The notes under the pieces are model-generated. The model did no database searches. It was not told where the DNA came from and saw nothing but the letters and a program-made list of their open reading frames with translations. Of a stretch of DNA of 64,000 nt, positions 54,651 through 64,000 are shown in pieces. Position numbers and translations under genes: made by a program. How positions within the stretch are numbered: position 1 is the first letter of the stretch; each line of letters starts with the position of its first letter. The stretch is from the NCBI GenBank assembly GCA_028023455.1, contig JAQFVV010000007.1, positions 3,472,001 to 3,536,000 on the forward strand, read 5' to 3'. The DNA is from Epiperipatus broadwayi. Lineage: Eukaryota; Animalia; Onychophora.

Positions 54651-56903
54651 TGACAAAATTCGATGTAGTTAGAGAATCCGGGTTAAATTTATTAGGAAAT
54701 CAAAAAATTTTGGTTCAAGTAACCAAAGTCTAAATTTCCTATTAAGTTCCTTATTATTCAACTTTAGTACTATTTCCTTCACAGTACCTTTTACTGTCCA
54801 TGGCTAATTTTATAAACAACCCAGTATTCGAATTTATTCATAGGTGGGCAAAAAGAGAAACTTAGAAATGTATGTAATGGAGACATTAGTTTTTTAAGAT
54901 ATCCATTAAGAGATTGATGCCAACTGACTAACTCAGAGAAGTTTTCTACACCTAGAATGTAGTATGCTATTAGAAAAGGCTTTTATGAATAGTATGATGG
55001 GAGAAAAATATGTGGTCTTTGTAATGAGAGAATTGAATAGATATTTTTGAGTAGAGTGGAAGATTAAGATTTCAAAAGTCAATGATTTTTTCAATTTTAT
55101 TTTTCTTTGAATTTGTGTGCACATTGCTGAAGGGCTTAGGTAGAAAGGGAAACCTAGAAATGGACTCAGCTCTCCTTTAAAGAATCATCTATTTATCTTC
55201 CTAGTATCGATCGACTAGGCACATGATTTCTCTATATTAAATTCAAGCTTATATTCATTTGAATATTCTGCCAAAATTTTTGAAATATTGGGATTTGTTT
55301 TTGTGAAAAAAGAAAAATTGAGACATCCATATTTTTCCTGCTTAAATGGCTATTTTAAATAATAACTTTGGTCTAGTCACAGGCCTTGAACTAAAGTATA
55401 AGGAGCAGGTGACATAATGAAAAATCTTCTAGAACAATTACTTTGTTGTATCAGACATCACTATAGTTTTTACAGATCTTAGTAGTGCCAATCTTTCATT
55501 CCCAACATCTAAATATCTACAAAAACAAGCAGTTTTCATATGATAAATAAATTCTTATATGTTTTTTACTTTTTCCTGAAGTTTTTCTTTTTTGATTTGT
55601 TATTTTTATAATAATAGCAGTTATAGTACTATATATAAAAAATGTCAAATTCCATAGATTGTAATCAGTTTATTACTAAATCTCTTTCAAAAAAAGTAAT
55701 TAAATGCAGGAAATAACAATTTCCTTTTAAAATGTCAACAATACATATTACAGTTCATTTTAACTAAAAAATGGAATTTACAGTCCACACCTATACTTTG
55801 GTTTCAAAGCAAATAATCTGTTTTAATAAACAAACAGATCTCTATCAATAATTGAATTTTCAGGACTTATTAACATTATTTTTTAATTAATATTTATTTT
55901 ATTATTAAATTTTTCTGACTGCAGAAAGACAAAAATTTTTAAATAATTAATGTTAACAAAAATAATTTATATGACCTACATAAACTGACCTCCATTTATA
56001 TTCTGCTACTCAGTATAATAGCCCTACATTTTTATTTAAATTTGTTTTTAAAAAAATTTGGATTTCTTATTTTAAAAATGAATTAGAATTTGGGTTAATT
56101 AGAATTTTAAAGAATGTATATAAGAAATTGTATCAGTATTAAACACATCAATCTACATATTATTGGGAATCCTGGAGATTTATATATAATACATTAGAAC
56201 TAAGAAACAAAAAGAAAATTTTAAATGTTTATTAACTGGAAAAAAAACACACACACATTGTAGATTCTGTGAAACAAAATGAAAGTACATGAAAAAAAAC
56301 CATAGAAAAAGATCTAATTTTTATTCTAGTTAACAATATATATAACAAAGCAGATTCAAAAACAAAAAAAATTTAAAATATACAACATTAAAATAGGTTA
56401 CAAATAATATTCAAGTTTAGCTCAATAAATATAGTATCAGAAATAATAAGAAAATCCAAAATTTTACATTTATTTATCTGATGTAATTTGGAAGTCATGA
56501 TTGTTCGAAATCTCCAGAAAATTGTAATTTTGTGCTCATGATTATTCAAACTAGAATTAAGATTAAAAAACTACAAAAAGTATTTTTTTTATTAAGCTTT
56601 CACAAGATATGGCTTGATTTTATACTTTTTAATTTCAAAGTCATTTCCTAAATTTTTCAACTTGAATTTCTCAAGAACTTAAGTTTTAAAAATTTTAGAA
56701 AAAAAAAAAAAAATGCATTATGGTACAACAAAGTGATATATTTTACTATTTTTGAAAAATATTGTGCAAATAATAAAACCAAACAAAATATTAATTTTAA
56801 TTCAAATATTCAATTGTTTTGGAAGATCATCTGCATTTTAAAACAAAAAAATGCTACTATATATACTTCTGTGGCAAAATAATCTAAATAGATAAACTAG
56901 GAT

Positions 56904-56917
56904 GGGGGGGGGGGGGG
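56904..56917 (+). repeat. Poly-G tract (14 nt)
   Basis: Directly visible G run in very AT-rich DNA. Confidence 0.9.
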
Positions 56918-57589
56918 ATAAAGATATTTCTGAAATATAACATTTATGTAGTAATTCTCTTTTTTTTTCTATATAACCCTTGCTTAAATATTCCTAAACA
57001 GAAAATCCTTACATAATTGTATATTTTGCAAACTAGCATAGACACAGTTTGTGAATAATCTCAAATATCCTTTGCAAGATAATTTGGAAGAGTACTTTTG
57101 CTACATTCATTTATTCTTTCCGAAGGTAGTGAGTTCAATAAGAGGGGCACTTGGGATTCACCAAGGTAGGAATTTAAAACACAAACACTTCCAAATTTAA
57201 CATCTAAGTTGCTTGGATATATAAAAGAAAGAGCAAGACCTTTAGAGAAAAGGGATTGCATTACCAATATCTTAATTGTCTTGCGCTAAACCAAAACTAC
57301 CCCAAACCACCAATAACCAATGTATTCATATTATAAATTCTTCTACTTCTAATAGTATGAGAATTTGTTTCAAAACTCCTGAGAAAGAATGATCCTTTGA
57401 AAATATCTTTGTAAGTAATATTTTATCTAATAAAGACAAAAAAAAAAATGGAATTTCTGGAACTTGATAGCAGATATGCATCTAAAAAATGTTTTTAAAG
57501 CAATTTCCCTTTTTCTATACAATATTTTTTATTGAAAAAAAAATTTAATGGAGTCAAAATTAGATTAACTCCATGTAAACTATTGAAAC

Positions 57590-59237
57590 GATATCACAAT
57601 TTGCATAGGGTCACTGAAGATGTGCCTTTGTTGTTTCTGTCCATCATATATTTTATTATTAAGACCTGTTGTATAGAAATGCATTTTCAGTGTGACAAAT
57701 ATTTGAGAAATTTTTGCTATTTTTAAACTGCATAACCATTTGAAAAGTGATATATCTTTCCCAAATCTAGCATAAGTTTTGATCTAAAATATGTTTCTTT
57801 TGAAATAAATGAACAGCAATTATACCTTAAGATATTCGGAGATGCAAACAATATTTTTAAATTTTATATGATCAGAATCATTATAGAACACTTTTTTTTT
57901 TTTTTTTTTAGATAAATTGCTTTCTAGTCACTATTCCAATGAAGACACTGAACTTTATCTTGTAAAACAAAAGCTATAATTTTCTAAAACATTAAGATGC
58001 CACAGCTTCATTTTTTTTTTTTTTTGGCATATTCTTTTGAATAATCATAATGGTCAGCCTATTTTTGTCTATAAAATAATGTTTTCTAGCATTCATGCAT
58101 GGATTGCACAAACTCTTTTCTGATTTTGGTAAATATTTCAAATATACAAATACTGCAACAAATATGCATTATTATAGTAATATGATTTAACTCGTTTAAA
58201 ATATTTCATACTAGGACATGAAAATATTCATTGTGGTGGTATAATGTATATATCATATATTATCTTTGCTAATCAAGATTTACAATTGATGGCACAACTT
58301 TATCTTTTTTAATTTGGGTTTTGATAAAATTCACATTTTGATGTATTGAGCAAAGGCAAAGTGAGTGAGTGTCATTTCCTCTAGCCAAAACCATGGGTTT
58401 AGTTCGTAGTTCAGTAAACTTTAAAATTCTATCTTTTTAGAAGGATATTTTTTCTTGAATAACTCATATAGCTCAGATAGAATTCCCAATATCAGTCTTT
58501 TTTCTTCATAACCATACTCTAGTCTTATAATATGGTTTCAAAGAAAATAAAATCTTTTTTTTTTTTTTTCAGGGATAGAAGGTTTAACCTCATCATTATC
58601 ATACAACTTAGTCATCTTTTGAATTATTAATTTTTTTAAAACAAATTTTCCAGGATTTAAATATGGTATTACAAATTTACTTCTTTTTTTTATTAAAACT
58701 TTAATTTTTTTTTTTTGCAATTTCATCATTAATTCCAAATTTCTTCTATTTTTCACATATCCATTTTTTTGTTTGTTATTACTGTTAAAATTTAGATATT
58801 TCCCCTCACACTTAGGTTTTCTTTTTGAAATTTTTCCTTAAATTAATTTAGCATTTCACAAACAGAATTATTCACCACAAGACGCTTTTATCTCTCATCT
58901 CTTGCTTTAATCACTTCTTTCTTTATCAAATAACTTTTTAACACAGTGTGCCAGTGCATGCAACTTTTTTCTGGCTATAGGTAATTCACAAAGATAGCTG
59001 AGAAACTTGCTGAGATACTCTAATCTAACATCTAAGTCTATAAATTCTTTAACTTCTAGGCTATGATACTGGTATTTTCTATGGGTATTGCCTTGTCTTT
59101 TGTCTTCTACAGTTATCACTAATTTTCACACTTCTCAATGGTATCTGATATATCATATATTCATTCGGTAAAAGGTCTAAAATTTGTTCTAACATTTTCC
59201 TGTCTTTTTTTGTGGTTTTATTTACATTTTCAGTCAT
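57590..59237 (-). pseudogene. Degraded DNA-transposon transposase, probably Sola2-like
   Basis: Ordered minus-strand fragments: EMLN*FKEKF..ILTV; LYDNDEV..IPEKKDF; KRLILGILSELYELFKKKYP..KFTELR..VLA..THSLCLCSIHQNV; ENYSFVLQDKVQCLHWN; AVHLFQKK; KIYHFSNG; HLQ*PY. I recall this pattern from an invertebrate DDE family; the superfamily name is tentative. Termini not found. Confidence 0.65.
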
Positions 59238-61084
59238 ATTTCAAATAAATATATTCACTTAACAACTATACAGACATTATATCCCAAACACACTTAAAAT
59301 AGAATAGTCAATGCATATTCGTTTCAAAGAAGCCAAAATAAAAATGAACAATGGCTGTCGACATCAACAAAAAAATATTTAAGATTACTTTGCAACTTGG
59401 TACTAACTCGATACTTAGATTTCTAGGCCCACACTAATTCATATCCATCATGCATTACTGCTAATATTTAAGCTTGTTTATTTTCCAAAGCGATCTCACC
59501 CGATCTTTATTTTAAGTTAGTTTACTTAACCTATTTCAAGATATTACTCTGTTAATTCTATTTTTGAATTAAATTATGTTTTAGAATTATTTTTAAATAT
59601 ATATATATAAAAAGCCCTTTGTGATTCCATATTCAAACTTCCCCTAAATAATGCCAAGATATATACAGCGGGACTCAATAAAAACCATAATTTTGTAATA
59701 AAAATGTATATTTATTTTTAGATGTTGCAAATTGAATCACTTTAAAAAGTTAGTCTATTTAATGCAATGCACTGACCTAAATAAGTTTTCAAAATAGTTC
59801 AAAAACACTTGCAAAGTGATGCGTTTTAATGCTTCTGTCATTTTCACCATAGTTCTAAGTTCACAAAAAAAGATAATTTTTTCAGTCGAGAGATTAAAAA
59901 AAAATTCCTTGAAGTGAGAACAAGAAAATACAGCTGATAGATAAGCTGGATTATGCTGAATTTAATTAAAAAGTATTTCATACTCAAGACTTTGAAAGAT
60001 GACATTGTAGGGGTGGAGTTTGCACTCTTTTCTTTGCACAAAATGGGATGCTTACATCTTACCACATCACGTAAATGTTTCGGAACTTGCAGATAAAATG
60101 TCTGACCATTACAAATTAAATTTGAGAGACAAATGTCATTTTTGTCAAAAAAAAATCAGCGATAATTGTTTGAACATTTAAATCATTATAAAAAAAATTG
60201 ACAAATACAGGAAATGGACATTACAAAAAAATTTGATGTGTGGCCCCACGATTTCACACAGTGATGTCATTTGCCAGATGGATGCAGAAGAGTCCCTATA
60301 AAAAATATATAATGGCTAAAACATATACTACATCAGGTACACAAATCAGAGAATGATTCCAGTTATTTATGAGTCCCCCGACATAGACCGTGTGTTATAT
60401 AATTTTGAATAGGTTTTTTTAAAAAAAAAAAAAAAAAATTTTAATTCAAGAACAAAAATTTTAGTAAAACTGAAAACGTGATATTACATATCGAATGAAA
60501 GCACTAAAAACAATTTACATTTTAGTACTTTCTATAGTTCTCTATCATAATTCTAATTTGAGTAATCATTCTTTAAGCACACAATTATGATTTTCTGGAG
60601 ATTTCAAACCCTATAACTACAAAACTATGTCAAATAAAAAAAATTTAAACTTAAATTTTTTGTCTCTAATAGTACCTTTGATAAGCCTAATTTGAACAAA
60701 AAAAAGTCCAAAATTTTCAATTCAAAATTGTTAAAATATTGATTTACTTAACATGAAATGATCCAATTTTGAATCAAAAAACTGATATATTATTGATAAA
60801 GTAAATTACTTTATTACAAGAAATGAAAGAATAAATAAGTTATTTACAAATAAGAGATAAATAATCTGTGCTAATTGGAAAAAGATCAGGTAGTCACAGA
60901 CAAGATAAAATATGAAATTATTAGTCAGATTTTGAAGTCATTGTTGATAATGGAAAAATTGACTAACAAAATATAATTTATGATTCAGAAAAAATTCCAG
61001 ATTTTTTTGCAGCAATTAACTTTAATCACATTGTAGATAAATTACTGTTAAATCTACTTGATCAAATATAAAATCCTTGTTTTT

Positions 61085-61260
61085 TACTTCACCTTTGAGT
61101 GGTAAGTTTTAAATTGCGCTTTATGCAAAAAAATGAAGCTTATTATTATTAGAAAAGAATTATACGGCTGAGCACTTTCAGAGAACTTAAGTCTCCATAT
61201 TCATAGCCTACTTTACGCGAAGTTTAGCGGTAATTTATGCAAAATTTATGCAAATATATT
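61085..61260. mobile_element. MITE related to 40963-41117, right end decayed
   Basis: Starts TACTTCACCTTTGAGTGGTAAGTT, the reverse complement of the right end of the 41-kb copy; shares CCATATTCATAGCCTA. Confidence 0.55.
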
Positions 61261-64000
61261 GATTTCTAATTAGATATATTTATTCAAAGGAGAAAAAAAC
61301 CAATTAAAAAAATGGAACAAAAAAAAAAAGACAATTGGAGTAATGAGATGATATGTATATAAACAAAATATTTGAACTAATCTTGAAAAAGATACTTGAC
61401 ATGACTTGGAAGTTACTTATTGAAATTTTTAAAAAAAGTGAAATGAAAATGAGAATTAACTATCAAAAAAAAAACTAAATAAAAGGCTACTTTGTTGAAT
61501 ATTTTCAAGCTATGAAGTGAAAAAGAGAATTTACTATTTAAAAATGTATGACAAAGAATGTCTTTTTAGATATGAATTTGTTTTGTTTTCCATTTGCTTA
61601 GATCAATGAACATTGTTTAGATAGAGATGGATTTAACACTGGGGGAAAAAAAGAAAATATTTCAGATTTGTGAAAGAAGCAAAGTATGTAGATAAAGAAA
61701 ATGAATGTAAAATATGAATATGATTAACAAAATTTGAAAGAAATTTGAAATATAAATAAACACAATTAAGATTAAAGTAATGATCATGAGTGGAGAAGAT
61801 AACAAATATTACACAGTTAAAACAAAAACATATTAATTAAAGAAGAAAAAGTTTAATTCTATTAAAAAATAATTCCAGTATTAATCAAATAAACCTCAGG
61901 AGAATTGGTCATTCAATTGATTGTTTTTTCCACTTGTTAATAATAAATATTAATACAGAAGTCTTTTCTTAATCTTTTATCTAGTAGAAAATAGGTATGA
62001 CCTAGTTGATTGTAAATTTCCATGATTGATCAAATAGCATAATGACAGAAAATATATCTACTAGCAGTGCAAGACATTTTTGTAGGGCACTTAAGAGCAT
62101 ATTTGCCAAAAATATATTTTTTGCAAACAGAAGCAAATAATAAGGAGAATATTCAAAAGATAAATAAATACATAATGGAAATTAAACTAACCAAATGGAT
62201 TTTTTTTTTTTGTGATAAATTTATTCAGTACATAAAATTAAAAATAAACAGGTAGAGAAAAAATATTTATTTCAAAAAAAGTATATTTTACTAATTAACA
62301 AAAATTAATACTATAAAAATGTAGAATATCATTAATCCATCTCCCTATGATTCTGCACTCTCCATCATTCAGATAAAATTATCAATAGCCCAATGACCAG
62401 ACTTGATTATTTTAAATAACATTAGGATGTGCTTAAATAATTTTCATTTAATTGAATATAGACACGTTTAAAAAAAAAAATTCAGTACAATAAATAAATT
62501 AATATATATTGTAAGCACATTTTAAAATAAAATTAACTCTCAATGTCTATAATGTGATTTCATAACATAAATGCTACAAATAGTATTTCATACTGGTCTT
62601 AAGATTAGTATTTGTTATTTATCATTATCATTCTAAATTTGATTTTTTTTATCATAAGTATTATTTATAATAAATATAATATTTGCGAGAAAAAATGTAC
62701 AGAATATAATGCAAAAAATGAAAGATAAAATTACTTTTGCTTAGAATTGTTTCCAATTGAAATTAGTTGATTAGTTTTTTACTAGTTATTATAATGAAAT
62801 AAATTTGCTTTTTATTATTGCAAGTATTACTTACAATAAGTATTATAATAATTGTATAATAAAATAGAAAAAAAATAAGCTTAGATTACAAAATACAGAG
62901 AAAAGTTATTTATATTTAGACTACAAGTAGTATGAGATATTGCTATAGTCCAAAAAAGTAGTAAAAAACTTAATTATGCGAGTAAAATTCAAATTAATTT
63001 AATTTTTGCACAGTACAGAAATACCTAGGAAAGTATTACAATATATATATGTTTATTTTAAAAAAGTTTATGAAATAAGGGCATATGAAAATTTCTTATG
63101 GTATTATACTGGTTGTAGACATAGAGGGTTAAAGAAAAACTCATTTAAATATTTGCAAATTAATAAGCTTAAGTGATATGCTGAAAGTATTCATATTTAA
63201 TCTTGTATTTTTTTTTTCTAGAATTGAAAAAAAAAGTTTTGTTACATAATATTGCAAAGAAGTTTTTCAAAAATCAGAGTTGAAGAAAAAACAAAAGGAA
63301 GATGTCTTTAAATCAGATGATATAATCGCAATAATTTTTAAATAAAAATAAATTTAATTTATTTTTTGATTACACAAAATAAATGTAGCGAATATATGGA
63401 TCAAAAATTAACCTATATATTATGCTTAATACTTGCTAAAATTTCCATGAGCATACATGTGCTTTAAAAAAAAAATTTATGATGATGGTGATGAGAGGGT
63501 AATATTTTTAATCTGTAAAATGGTTAAGGAAAAACTTGGAATGAAAATTCTGGATTAAAAATAATACATCTGAATACATAAATGATGATAATTTTCAAAA
63601 AGCAATATGAACAAAAACAGACATTTTAGCACCTAGTGTTCACATTTGAGCACAAAATATTTCAAATGCATTATAAAAAGAATGTACTTTAGACTTTATT
63701 AAAAATCACAACTAAATATATAAATTAGTGATAATTATTTTCAAAACTTTACTTTGTATTTTATATCAATAAAAAATAAAAGACTTTATCTTGTGTTTGG
63801 AAAGGAGAGTATTCAGTTTAAATAGTGTTCTATCTGTATGTGCCGTGGTTTAAGCTACATTATTATTTATAATCAAAAAATGAAAAACAAATTAGCTAAG
63901 CATTAGAAAAATGAATATTTACTTCAAATACAATATAAAAAGCAAAAGAGATTTCACAATAGACAATGTTATTAAATATCCAAACAAAATGTATATATGT

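Noticed and set aside
57061-57267. 68-aa ORF or a 40-nt plus-strand micro-exon at ~57125-57165
   Set aside because: No recognisable homology or partner exons; it lies next to a transposase fossil.
59660-60420. Tc1/mariner element with GGGACTCA-containing ends
   Set aside because: The putative TIRs match poorly and no DDE motif is readable; it is repeat-like but unclassifiable.

Overview
Very AT-rich, CpG-poor eukaryotic (probably invertebrate animal) DNA. I found no recognisable host gene, rRNA, tRNA or CRISPR array, so the window is most likely intronic or intergenic and consists largely of layered transposon remains. Main contents: (1) two related, unusually long solo LTRs (929-3610 and 17382-20611) in opposite orientation, each with TG..CA ends and its own 4-bp TSD; (2) four copies of one RTE-clade LINE family with (TGA)n tails, plus an older second RTE family; (3) a full-length degenerate hAT with TIRs and an exact 8-bp TSD inserted in one RTE, and itself carrying a MITE; (4) Buster-type hAT, piggyBac-like and probable Sola2-like transposase fossils; (5) several MITEs, including a near-perfect 300-bp hairpin. 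The most striking feature is a ~545-bp foldback (32320-32865) whose two arms each carry a minimal type I hammerhead-ribozyme motif (CTGATGA...GAAACTAGTC) with a palindromic stem III. This is the form known from Penelope-like elements. A decayed third copy lies near 50.1 kb. Both long LTRs also keep a CTCF-like motif, a Pol III B-box and a hairpin together at one end. All similarity calls were made by eye; no searches or alignments were run.
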